DNA of 32,000 nucleotides from Acaryochloris marina MBIC11017 (GTDB taxonomy: Bacteria > Cyanobacteriota > Cyanobacteriia > Thermosynechococcales > Thermosynechococcaceae), in contig NC_009925.1 of NCBI RefSeq assembly GCF_000018105.1, forward strand, positions 5,070,001-5,102,000. Direction: 5' to 3'. A program made the position numbers and the translations under genes. The notes below the pieces were generated by a model. That model ran no database searches and was not told where the DNA came from. It was given only the letters and a program-made list of their open reading frames with translations. Shown piece by piece: positions 19,112 through 27,294 of the stretch; the first letter of the stretch is position 1; every line of letters starts with the position of its first letter.

Positions 19112-19202
19112 CATCAGCTTATCCCTCTTGCCGTGACGGTCAAAGCCTGTAACCAACGCTCTATCTAGATGCTAAAAAAGCCTCAGGCAAAAAGCTGTGT
19201 AT

Positions 19203-19242
19203 AACCCTACGGTCCAAACTAATTAGCTTGGACCGTAGGGTT
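19203..19242. terminator. 15-bp perfect stem-loop between convergent genes (putative bidirectional terminator)
   Basis: AACCCTACGGTCCAA (19203-19217) pairs with TTGGACCGTAGGGTT (19228-19242) around a 10-nt loop. T-runs follow on the minus-strand reading. It lies between the ABC ATPase gene (+) and the 196-aa gene (-). Confidence 0.55.
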
Positions 19243-19303
19243 GATGGCTTACGGAATCCGTATGGGACTCCAGGCTCGATATCGTCAGTTTAAGCTACCA
19301 GAC

Positions 19304-19894
19304 TTACGGGGCGGTTGCTGAAGACTCAGTAGATTCTTCACTGGTTGAGGGGTTAGAAGAACCAGTGGGTTCAGGAGAAGAAACTTTTGGATTAGAAGAC
19401 GGTAGCGCCTCTTGACTGGAAGGATTCGTGGGTTGAGGAGGAGCAGGCTGGTTTTGGATAATGGTGGGTGGAGCAGCGGGTGTTTCGGTGCGTTCGGCTG
19501 CAGGTAGATTGGGTAAGGTGATGTTGATATCAGGCGGTGTTGAGGACTCTGAGGGCTGAGCGGGGATCACTTTTGGCGTCACTTCGGTGTTCTGTCGGTT
19601 CGTTAAGATGTACCAAGCTAAAATTCCCAGTCCGAAGAACGTGGTCGCGATCACCCCAACCAAGAGGCCCCGAGCGGCATTATCGTTATCTCGAATTTTG
19701 AGTTGGCGATCCATTTCGAGCCGGGCTCGTTCCAATCGTGCGTCCATCGCTGGATCATCACTGCTTACGGTTTCGCGATGTTTACGTACAGACCCATCAG
19801 AGTAGCGCACTTCTTGATCGATGATGATTTTTTCATCGGATGACGGTTGGGGATATGGACGGTTTGTAGAATGTGTCATAAAGGTTACTTCCAA
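19304..19894 (-). CDS. Single-pass membrane protein with a Pro/Ser/Thr-rich C-terminal tail (paralog of 19943-20263)
   Basis: 196 aa. Charged N-terminal region, one TM helix (GLLVGVIATTFFGLGILAWYIL), then PPDINITLPNLP and a long P/S/T/E-rich tail. The true start could be the internal MTHST at 19879. Confidence 0.6.
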   Translation of the reverse strand: MEVTFMTHSTNRPYPQPSSDEKIIIDQEVRYSDGSVRKHRETVSSDDPAMDARLERARLEMDRQLKIRDNDNAARGLLVGVIATTFFGLGILAWYILTNRQNTEVTPKVIPAQPSESSTPPDINITLPNLPAAERTETPAAPPTIIQNQPAPPQPTNPSSQEALPSSNPKVSSPEPTGSSNPSTSEESTESSATAP

Positions 19895-19942
19895 TTACTA
19901 AAGGACAGTGCATCTCTCAATGGGGAACATAGGATAGAGTGC

Positions 19943-20263
19943 CTAACTGCCAGAACTGGATTCAGTGTTCTCATTACTAGGATTAGGGATATCAATGTCA
20001 GGTTTAGGTAGATTAATCTCTGGTTTGGGGACATTGATATTGATGTCTGGTTGGGGTGCTTCCGGTTTGGGGACATTAATCACTTCCGTATCTCCCGTTG
20101 ATGGCTGATTGGTTTGGGCAAACACAAGCCATCCGCCAATTCCCAATACTGCGACGGCAAAAACGCCCACAAATAGTCCAGTTGCTGGATTGCTTTGATT
20201 TGCACGACTGCCAGCTGCATAGCCTTGCTCGTAGCGAGCTTGTTCTTTCTCTAATTGATTCAT
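19943..20263 (-). CDS. Single-pass membrane protein with a repeated I-N-V-P-K-P-type tail (paralog of 19304-19894)
   Basis: 106 aa. TM helix GLFVGVFAVAVLGIGGWLVF, followed by VINVPKPE / ININVPKPE / INLPKPD / IDIPNPS repeats and an S/E-rich end. Confidence 0.6.
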   Translation of the reverse strand: MNQLEKEQARYEQGYAAGSRANQSNPATGLFVGVFAVAVLGIGGWLVFAQTNQPSTGDTEVINVPKPEAPQPDININVPKPEINLPKPDIDIPNPSNENTESSSGS

Positions 20264-20356
20264 AGGGTTTCCTTAACGTTCGGTTTCAGTGTATGGGGAC
20301 CGATAGGGGGGCATCATCTTCCCAAAGTAGGAACTGGGGGGGTGACCGTTCTCCCC

Positions 20357-20557
20357 CTAAAGATGGAGACAAGACCGTCCTGGATACTCTTGGACAGGGA
20401 CTAAACCCGTTTTGTTAGGCCAAACAAGAATGAAACAGACGATAAAAATGCAGAACAAGATTTTTGCGATCGCAGCGGCACTGGCAGCAATACCGCTAAA
20501 CCCAAGAAAGGCGGCAATTAAAGCAACCACCAGAAATGTCAGAGTTAAATTGAGCAT
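20357..20557 (-). CDS. DUF1328 (UPF0391, YtjA-like) small membrane protein
   Basis: The N-terminal 45 aa (LTFLVVALIAAFLGFSGIAASAAAIAKILFCIFIV) match the DUF1328 pattern (ALIAA.LGF.GIA..AAGIAKILFF.F). The C-terminus is about 10 aa longer than usual. Confidence 0.7.
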   Translation of the reverse strand: MLNLTLTFLVVALIAAFLGFSGIAASAAAIAKILFCIFIVCFILVWPNKTGLVPVQEYPGRSCLHL

Positions 20558-21693
20558 AAAAACGTCTCCCTTGTATTGATGTAAATGGTTGAAAGAGGTT
20601 AGTGAGAAAAGCGAGATCCGAGGTGCGATCTCATCTCCCTACAAATTGAAGTGGGTGCTTTGTCTGTCTGAGCTTTTCGTTGATAAACAAAATGATTTCT
20701 GTTTGTGATGGTCGCAGGCCGGTTGTAGACCATCGCACATCAACTCAATGTCGATTAAATAGGATAGGAGGGGTTCTAGCTCAAATCATCTGGATAGACT
20801 GTCGAGCAATGAAATGGCCAAATTGATGCGATTCAAATCTTCATCCTGGATATAGAAGAACTCTCAGCAATAATTTAGCCAGCTTGACTCTGATTGATCT
20901 ATCTTCCTCACAATTGGAGCCATAAGTAATAATGCATAGATGGCATAAATTAAGCTTCCTAGAATGGAATGAATCTCAAACGACCATCTGGTAGTCAGTC
21001 TGCTATTTTTTAAATGTAAATTTTTATTCGAGTAAATACTATTTTAATTTTTTACTTTTGATAATTTATGAAAAATAATAGCCATGTTTTTGGTAGTATT
21101 CTTTAAAAGTTTATAGAACCCCTTTTTACAGCACTTAAGAGAAAAAACTAAAGTAAAACCTTGACTAAAGCTAGGTTATTTAGATCATGGTCCCTAGCGA
21201 ATAGCTTCCACTAGCCAGTGCTTATTCCTATTCTTAGGAATGGCTATATTCTCAATTAAGAATTCTACTGAAATTTGGCTTTAGTAGCTATTTTGGATCG
21301 ATTCTTGAGATTTAGACTAGTTGTCTAGGTCAAACATAACTACTAATTGAATCTCTGCCTGTCATTGCTATATAGGACTATCTTATAGAGCAATCAGTTA
21401 GTGCTGGATATATTTTGCTTTCCTTAAGTAAGCGCTCGGGGATACTGCATATAAATGCAGCATCCCCTCTTCATAACTTGACGATTTTTTCGATTCTTTA
21501 ATGTCGAAAGAAATCCATCTGGAATCACTAGAAGTAAGTCAAACTCTTGCTTCAACAAAGTGCTGCCAACCTTCTACTGAACTTATTTAGTAACAAGATA
21601 GTTTAAATGTTCTTGTTTCCGAATATCTAGATTTTGAGTTGTTCAGTTTTGCTCGCTCGTTTACATCTGTTTATTAGGAAGGAATTCATTCTT

Positions 21694-22113
21694 ATGCGAC
21701 TATTCATGCGCCGTTTTGCTGTATTGACTTTAGTTTTAGCCAGCTGCTTGGGTTTGACGGGGTGGTTGCAACCTGCCAATGCACTGGATATTAATTTAGC
21801 TACAACGTACCGAAATCCTGTAGATGCCAAGCTAGAAACAGATTTTGGCCAAAAAATTGACTTAAATAACACCAATGTTATTGCCTTTAGCCAATATAAG
21901 GGTCTATACCCTACCATCGCCGGTAAAGTGGTTCAGAACGCTCCCTACAGTAGTGTCGAAGAAGTCCTAAATATTGATGGCTTAACGGATGTTCAAAAGA
22001 AAATGCTGCAACAGCATCTGGGTGACTTTACGATTACAGACCCAGATCCAGCCTTAGTTGGGGGGCAAGATCGCTATAACCCAGGGGCTTATTATCCTGT
22101 TCGTCGCTCATAA
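21694..22113 (+). CDS. psbU: Photosystem II 12-kDa extrinsic protein PsbU
   Basis: Signal peptide [30 protein letters not shown], then [52 protein letters not shown] and DRYNPGAYY, as in PsbU. I chose the ATG at 21694 (AGGAAGGA upstream) over the track's start at 21634. Confidence 0.9.
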   Translation: MRLFMRRFAVLTLVLASCLGLTGWLQPANALDINLATTYRNPVDAKLETDFGQKIDLNNTNVIAFSQYKGLYPTIAGKVVQNAPYSSVEEVLNIDGLTDVQKKMLQQHLGDFTITDPDPALVGGQDRYNPGAYYPVRRS

Positions 22114-22242
22114 TCACCAAGGCACGGGTGGGATATGGGGGAATTCCATCCGTTCATTCCATCATGAAAGTCACTCTTAAGACGGTTGATCACGGGTAAA
22201 CCATTATTGCCCGCTTGTTTCCAATATTGGAGGCAATCCACC

Positions 22243-23427
22243 ATGCAAGTATGTTCTAGGCAAGGCTGGCGAGTTATTTACCAGCGACTGATAAGACTTG
22301 TAATCAGCATTATTTTTATCTGGAACGTTATTTCTATAGGCTGGCTGAACCCCACGACCAAAGTGTGTTGGGCTGCTCTACCGGTTGGGGATGCCGTCAA
22401 TCCCATGAGTATTTTGAGGCTGGCATTGCCCGTGGATAACGAAGCCATTCAAACTCTTCATCAATACTTAGAAGAGATGCCTCCTCAACTTGAGGATCCA
22501 GCTGCGCGATTACAACCCAAACAATGGTTTGAAATTGGCAATAAGGTCACACAGATCATTCAAACCTTTAATAAAGACGCATCCGATCTTCTTGCTGCCA
22601 TTCCACCTTCCTTTCGGCCCCAGGCTTTGGTCCGCATGAATCAAATTAATGCAGCTCTCGCGGATCTTAAGATCCTATCTGACCAGCAAAATAAAGAAAA
22701 ATTTGTGGCAAGACGCACCCAAGCCTGGAATTCAGTGGATTTGCTGGCAGCGTCTATGGAGCCACAAATTCCTGTCAACATACCGAATGACTACCAAACG
22801 CTGCCTCATCTGAAGGGAAGAGCAGTTGTGGTTCTTGACACTAGTAAGGGGCCAATCACCATGATGGTGGATGGTTATAACGCGCCTATTACTGCTGGTA
22901 ACTTTCTGGATCTCGTTCAGCGAGAGTTCTATGACGATCTAACATTTACCCGTGAAGATGGGGCCTATGTGGTGCAAACAGGGAATCCAGGGGGAGCCCA
23001 AGCTGGATTTGTGGATCCAGAGACCAGCCAATATCGCTCTATTCCTTTGGAGGTTAGGGTCAAGGGGGATTCTGAACCGGTGTACGGATCCACTTTAGAA
23101 GAGTTAGGCTTGTCTGATCCTGTTCTTCCCTTTTCTGCCTATGGGACCGTCGCCATGGGGCATCCTGCTGGCGACCCTAATGGTGGTTCCTCTGAATTTT
23201 TCTTTCACTTATTTGAGCCTGAATTGACCTCTGCAGGACTAAATTTGCTGGATGGCCAATATGCCGTTTTTGGCTATGTGGTTGCGGGACAAGATGTATT
23301 AGCTCAATTACGTCATGGCGATCATCTGCATTCCGCCCGGGTGGTTGATATTTCTCCACCCAATGGCTTCACCTTACGCTATCTGGATTGGATTCTAGTG
23401 CAAAAGAGTCCGATGCCTTTGGCTTAA
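22243..23427 (+). CDS. Cyclophilin-type peptidyl-prolyl cis-trans isomerase with an N-terminal helical domain (TLP40/CYP38-like, probably lumenal)
   Basis: The C-terminal half contains PITAGNFLDLVQREFYDDLTF, SEFFFHL and QYAVFGYVVAGQDVL (cyclophilin fold). The N-terminus has a hydrophobic signal or anchor. I prefer the ATG at 22243 (GGAGG at 22229-22233) over the TTG at 22186. Confidence 0.85.
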   Translation: MQVCSRQGWRVIYQRLIRLVISIIFIWNVISIGWLNPTTKVCWAALPVGDAVNPMSILRLALPVDNEAIQTLHQYLEEMPPQLEDPAARLQPKQWFEIGNKVTQIIQTFNKDASDLLAAIPPSFRPQALVRMNQINAALADLKILSDQQNKEKFVARRTQAWNSVDLLAASMEPQIPVNIPNDYQTLPHLKGRAVVVLDTSKGPITMMVDGYNAPITAGNFLDLVQREFYDDLTFTREDGAYVVQTGNPGGAQAGFVDPETSQYRSIPLEVRVKGDSEPVYGSTLEELGLSDPVLPFSAYGTVAMGHPAGDPNGGSSEFFFHLFEPELTSAGLNLLDGQYAVFGYVVAGQDVLAQLRHGDHLHSARVVDISPPNGFTLRYLDWILVQKSPMPLA

Positions 23428-23502
23428 AACGTTTTTCCATTACCAAGAGCTGAATTGATTACATCAAAATTTATTTTCTATCCATAACTCATAACTTTAA
23501 TC

Positions 23503-23712
23503 ATGAATAATCAACAATCGAACTTTTCTATCATTTATAGCGGTGATAATAGTTACTCTTCTGTTTTTACAGTGGTGAGTATCGTCGTTTTTTGGCTTCT
23601 TTTAGTCTCTATCCTCATTACCATCCTCGCTTATTCAGCGTCCTCTTGTTCTTGTGAAACGACGGGAACCTATTTTGATATTTGGCGTATCGCCTGTCGC
23701 CCTTGTGCATAG
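23503..23712 (+). CDS. Possible 69-aa small membrane protein with a Cys-rich tail
   Basis: One clear TM helix (FTVVSIVVFWLLLVSILITILAY) followed by SSCSCETTG...ACRPCA. A strong intrinsic terminator lies 79 nt downstream. There is no SD and I recognised no family. Confidence 0.3.
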   Translation: MNNQQSNFSIIYSGDNSYSSVFTVVSIVVFWLLLVSILITILAYSASSCSCETTGTYFDIWRIACRPCA

Positions 23713-23790
23713 GGAATGTGGACGATTCCCTATCAAAGTTAGAAACTGCTTGATTTGACTGTCAAGCTTCAATGACTCGCTCAAACAAAT

Positions 23791-23831
23791 CCCCAGGTAG
23801 ATCTTTTATAATGACCTGCCTGGGGTTTTTT
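23791..23831 (+). terminator. Rho-independent terminator
   Basis: CCCCAGGTAG (23791-23800) pairs with CTGCCTGGGG (23816-23825), giving 10 bp including one G-U pair. TTTTTT follows at 23826-23831. An A-rich stretch on the other side lets it also serve the convergent M50 protease gene. Confidence 0.7.
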
Positions 23832-23910
23832 AGCTGGGCTATATGAATAGCGAAGACGCTTATGCCTTGGGGGTTCACACCGGATAAGCAGTGATGGTGA
23901 TAGATACCCC

Positions 23911-25005
23911 TTACGCGGTTGCTACTCTTTGCTGAAGAAGACGGCGGATAGCTGCTTTTTCTAGTAAACCGACGAGGGCACCACTTTCTTTAACGACTGC
24001 TAGGGTCTGAAGCTTTTCTCTATCCAGCAATGCCACAATGTCGAGGAGTGATTGAGTGGACTGCACCACTGGAGGCAGTACGGTTGGCTGCAAGAGTTCT
24101 TTGACGGACACTTGGGGCCATTGCATCGTAGCCACAGAATTTAGATCCTCTAAGTTGACGGACCCGACGAGTTGCCCTTGCTCATCCACAACCAGAAATC
24201 TAGACACTTTACCCTGATAAGGAATCGCCTGATTGGCAAGCTGGCGGAGGGAATCATGAAGGCCAATCACAAATTCACCTTCGATCACGACATCTGCTGC
24301 AGTGTATCGGCTCAGCTCTTCCTGAAGTTGGGAAGATTGGAAGGCTCGGCCTGCATTCTGGTATAAAAACCAGCCAATCAATGCATTCCAGACACTAAGG
24401 GAAAGGATACCGGATGCGATCGCAACCCCACCCACAACCTGGCCAGCACGGGCTGCTATTCTGATGCCTCGATAGCGATTGCCCGTAATTTTCCAGACGG
24501 CTGCTTTGAGGACATTACCACCATCTAACGGTAGCCCTGGAATCATATTGAACAAGGCTAAAAATAGGTTGATTGTGGCGAGAAACCCAACGATGGCGGC
24601 AATTGGGCCGCTCGGCAAACTCATGCTTCCGTAGGAGAGGAGCGCCCACAGGAGAACGCTAACAGCAGGACCTGCGATCGCAATGGCAAACGCTCCAAAG
24701 GGCGTTTTTGATTCCTCTTCCAGACTGGCAAGGCCACCAAACAGAAACAGCGTGATGGACTTCACCTCAATCCCTTGCTGCATCGCCACTAAGCTATGAC
24801 CGAGTTCATGGGCAAGCACTGAACTAAACAGCAAAATCGCCGTGCCAAGGCCCAGGAGCCAAGGTGCAATTCCCATTAGATTTGGAAACTGTGCTGCGAG
24901 GCCGTTGCCATAGGTCCAAGAAAAAAACAGCAATACCAAAAACCATGATGCATTGAGATAGAAAGGGATGCCAAAGAGGCTGCCTAACCTAAAGTTACCG
25001 TTCAT
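23911..25005 (-). CDS. Site-2 protease family (M50) zinc metalloprotease with a C-terminal CBS pair
   Basis: HELGH motif (VLAHELGHSL), multiple TM helices, the NMIPGLPLDGG motif, and a C-terminal CBS-like region of about 130 aa. Confidence 0.85.
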   Translation of the reverse strand: MNGNFRLGSLFGIPFYLNASWFLVLLFFSWTYGNGLAAQFPNLMGIAPWLLGLGTAILLFSSVLAHELGHSLVAMQQGIEVKSITLFLFGGLASLEEESKTPFGAFAIAIAGPAVSVLLWALLSYGSMSLPSGPIAAIVGFLATINLFLALFNMIPGLPLDGGNVLKAAVWKITGNRYRGIRIAARAGQVVGGVAIASGILSLSVWNALIGWFLYQNAGRAFQSSQLQEELSRYTAADVVIEGEFVIGLHDSLRQLANQAIPYQGKVSRFLVVDEQGQLVGSVNLEDLNSVATMQWPQVSVKELLQPTVLPPVVQSTQSLLDIVALLDREKLQTLAVVKESGALVGLLEKAAIRRLLQQRVATA

Positions 25006-25396
25006 GAAAAGACTCCTAATCGATGGATGAGCAACCCTCCTCGAAAGGTTAACGGTAGGAATTGCTCCTTATTGAAATTGTAACGAAGTGTAAATTTATG
25101 CTTTTCCGTAGTAACCGCCCTGAATCGTTCGGTTCTCCTGTGGGGTGGTCGCCCAGCCCTTATCCAATTCAACGCCCTCGCTAGGATTGCCAGACCTGAT
25201 GTGGTCAATCACTCGCTATACATTGATCTCGATGGAGGACCTTTCGTTGTGCATGACTCAGGTTCTAGGGGGCAAGCTTGCAGTTTGGCTGCATTCAGTT
25301 GGGAAAACTACGCTTCAACCTTAGACGGCTGAATTTTATCGATTGCCTCCAAAAAACTTCGTAGACTGTTGGTATTGCTATAAGGGAGAAATCCTG

Positions 25397-25894
25397 ATGG
25401 GATACAATCGCATTCTGGCAGCGGTAGATGCTTCATCCTTGCGATCGATTGTGTATGAGCAGGCGTTGGAAACGGCTCAACTCCACCAAGCTGAATTATT
25501 GCTTCTGCATGCGATTGAAGCGGATATCAGTCCGTCGTCGGGTAATCCTCTCGATACCGGGTACCTCTCTCCATCTGTGGTGGATCTGCAGATGGCTCAG
25601 CAAGCGTGGGAGGTGCAACTTTCAGAAGCAAAACAATGGCTACAAGACTTTTGCCAAGCGGCTAAACAACAGGGGGTTGAGGCAACCTTTGAAGCGGAGT
25701 TGGGAAATCCAGGGTATCAAGTTTGCGATCTCGCTCGGGATTGGCAAGCTGACTTAATCGTTGTGGGGCGACATGGCCGCACTGGCATCACAGAACTCAT
25801 ATTGGGAAGTGTCAGCAATCACGTCGTTCACCATGCCCCTTGTTCCGTCTTGGTGATTCAGGGAGAAGAAAAGGTTATGGACGTGTCCGGCTAA
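25397..25894 (+). CDS. Universal stress protein (UspA family)
   Basis: MGYNRILAAVD...LLLLHA...DLIVVGRHGRTGITELILGSVSNHVVHHAPCSVLVI. I prefer the ATG at 25397 (GGAG RBS) over the longer track start at 25343. Confidence 0.85.
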   Translation: MGYNRILAAVDASSLRSIVYEQALETAQLHQAELLLLHAIEADISPSSGNPLDTGYLSPSVVDLQMAQQAWEVQLSEAKQWLQDFCQAAKQQGVEATFEAELGNPGYQVCDLARDWQADLIVVGRHGRTGITELILGSVSNHVVHHAPCSVLVIQGEEKVMDVSG

Positions 25895-25951
25895 TTGTAG
25901 CCTTTGGAAGTTTAAAGGTGATTCAGTAGGATTTTCCAGTGCTATAGTCAG

Positions 25952-25980
25952 CTGCCACCAGCCTTAATGGTTGGTGGCAG
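25952..25980. terminator. Stem-loop between convergent usp and hdeD-like genes
   Basis: CTGCCACCA (25952-25960) pairs with TGGTGGCAG (25972-25980). There is no clear U-run. Confidence 0.35.
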
Positions 25981-26023
25981 ATAAAAGGGAAAGGTCTAAC
26001 TGATGCATGAAATCAGCCCTTTT

Positions 26024-26605
26024 CTAACTGGCTTGGGGTTGCTGGGGACCGGAGCCAAACAGATCGGTGTCTGTTAAGCCAAAGACCACCATTGGCCATC
26101 CATCAGACATCAGATTTAAGCCAATCAAGAGACCCAAGATCCAGGCAGAGTCAGCAGGCCAGCCCAACATAATCGAAAGACCAAACACAACGGCAAATAC
26201 ACCACTCCCTAGGGTCCAATACCAGCCAGACTCTTCCTCTCGCATACGAATAGCCATCATGGCTTGCAAAATACCTTCGATAAGAATGAAAGTCCCCACA
26301 GCGAAGGTTAGGCTCAGGACACCTTGAAGGGGATAGAACAGTAGCAATAAACTTGAGCCAATGTAGCCTGCACCTAATAGAAGTTTAAAGGCTAAGCTTT
26401 TCACATTAGTACGAGACTGATAAGCATAAATCAGTTGAATAATACCGCTACTAAAAAAGACGCCTGCAATCACTAGTTCCGTAGCTAATGTACTGACAAA
26501 GGGCATGGTAATGGCGACGAAGCCTAGGACAACGAGCAGTGTGCCCAGGGCGATAGACCATTTCCCGAATGAAGGCTGGCTTTTTTGAATATCTTGGTTA
26601 CTCAT
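26024..26605 (-). CDS. HdeD/DUF308 family membrane protein
   Basis: 193 aa with six predicted TM helices and the repeating G-rich pattern (GVFFSSGIIQLIYA, GILQAMMAI) typical of DUF308. Confidence 0.65.
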   Translation of the reverse strand: MSNQDIQKSQPSFGKWSIALGTLLVVLGFVAITMPFVSTLATELVIAGVFFSSGIIQLIYAYQSRTNVKSLAFKLLLGAGYIGSSLLLLFYPLQGVLSLTFAVGTFILIEGILQAMMAIRMREEESGWYWTLGSGVFAVVFGLSIMLGWPADSAWILGLLIGLNLMSDGWPMVVFGLTDTDLFGSGPQQPQAS

Positions 26606-26972
26606 ATATGCATCCTTTTTGGTTGCGGAATATTGAAGTTTTAATTCCGCGAATTAATCTGTAATTATCATCTGTGAAATAGTGTTGAATTGAATCTACC
26701 TTTAGAGAGAAAGCCATGAGAAATTCACCTAACCTAAGGTGTATATAGCATTTCTAAAGGGACTATTGATGTTGATATTTTTTGTTAAAATATAGTTTAT
26801 ATCTATAAGGAATTGCAGGTGCTATGCATAACGAATCTACCTTCTCCAGAAAGATTGGATGAGGCCAAAATCTCTGTCTAAAGGTAGTTCTGTGACAACC
26901 TTTCTTGCTTATATTATTTATCTAGTTGTTCGATATTGATTGAGCAAAAACGCAGTTTTTTGAGGATTTTTA

Positions 26973-27113
26973 ATGGACGTCATAGCCTACGTTTTTATCT
27001 TAGCCTGTATTATCGGCTTATTCTTTTTTGCTGTTTTCTTCCGCGAGAAACCCACCCTTGATAAAATTCAAAGCCGAAGTTTTCGTGAATCTTCTCAGTC
27101 TACTAGAAGATAA
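26973..27113 (+). CDS. psbT: Photosystem II reaction centre protein T-like small ORF (46 aa), below the ORF-track cutoff
   Basis: Hand translation gives MDVIAYVFILACIIGLFFFAVFFREKPTLDKIQSRSFRESSQSTRR. The first 27 aa closely resemble PsbT as I recall it (for example METITYVFIFACIIALFFFAIFFREPP). A 13-bp stem-loop follows the stop. Confidence 0.7.
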   Translation: MDVIAYVFILACIIGLFFFAVFFREKPTLDKIQSRSFRESSQSTRR

Positions 27114-27122
27114 AATAGTGTA

Positions 27123-27155
27123 TTGCGTGCCATCCAAGAAAAGGATGGCACGCAA
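27123..27155 (+). terminator. 13-bp perfect stem-loop downstream of the psbT-like ORF
   Basis: TTGCGTGCCATCC (27123-27135) pairs with GGATGGCACGCAA (27143-27155) around a 7-nt loop. No U-run follows, so it may act as a stabiliser rather than a canonical terminator. Confidence 0.45.
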
Positions 27156-27294
27156 TAAGATAGAAACAAAAAGATGATATGAAAAATTTTGATTGGCCCA
27201 AAATCTGATTCAAATGATCAGTTTTTTGAGGTTTTAGGTAATTAAAGTATGGCTTTGAGATTTCCTGAAGGGAATATTTGTTTCTTGATATAAA

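Noticed and set aside
19975-20085. Short tandem DNA repeats (GGTTTGGGGACATTGAT / GGTTTGGGGACATTAAT) that could look like a mini-array
   Set aside because: They lie inside the 106-aa CDS and simply encode its INVPKP peptide repeats. There is no spacer-repeat architecture, so this is not a CRISPR array.
21627-21917. 96-aa antisense ORF over the psbU start, and the extended psbU start at 21634
   Set aside because: The antisense ORF overlaps a well-supported psbU. The extra 20 N-terminal residues ([20 protein letters not shown]) precede a canonical signal peptide that starts at the RBS-preceded ATG at 21694.
25002-25208. 68-aa minus-strand ORF upstream of the M50 protease gene
   Set aside because: It has basic, low-complexity composition and no motifs, and it overlaps the protease start codon region. 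It is probably 5-prime leader sequence.
25428-25757. 109-aa alternative-frame ORF within the usp gene
   Set aside because: It is an out-of-frame shadow of a clear UspA-family CDS.
26953-27231. 13-nt direct repeat CAGTTTTTTGAGG on both sides of the psbT-like ORF (26953-26965 and 27219-27231)
   Set aside because: It is T-rich and low-complexity. By my rough estimate, a few exact 13-mer coincidences are expected in 32 kb, so this is insufficient to call a target-site duplication.
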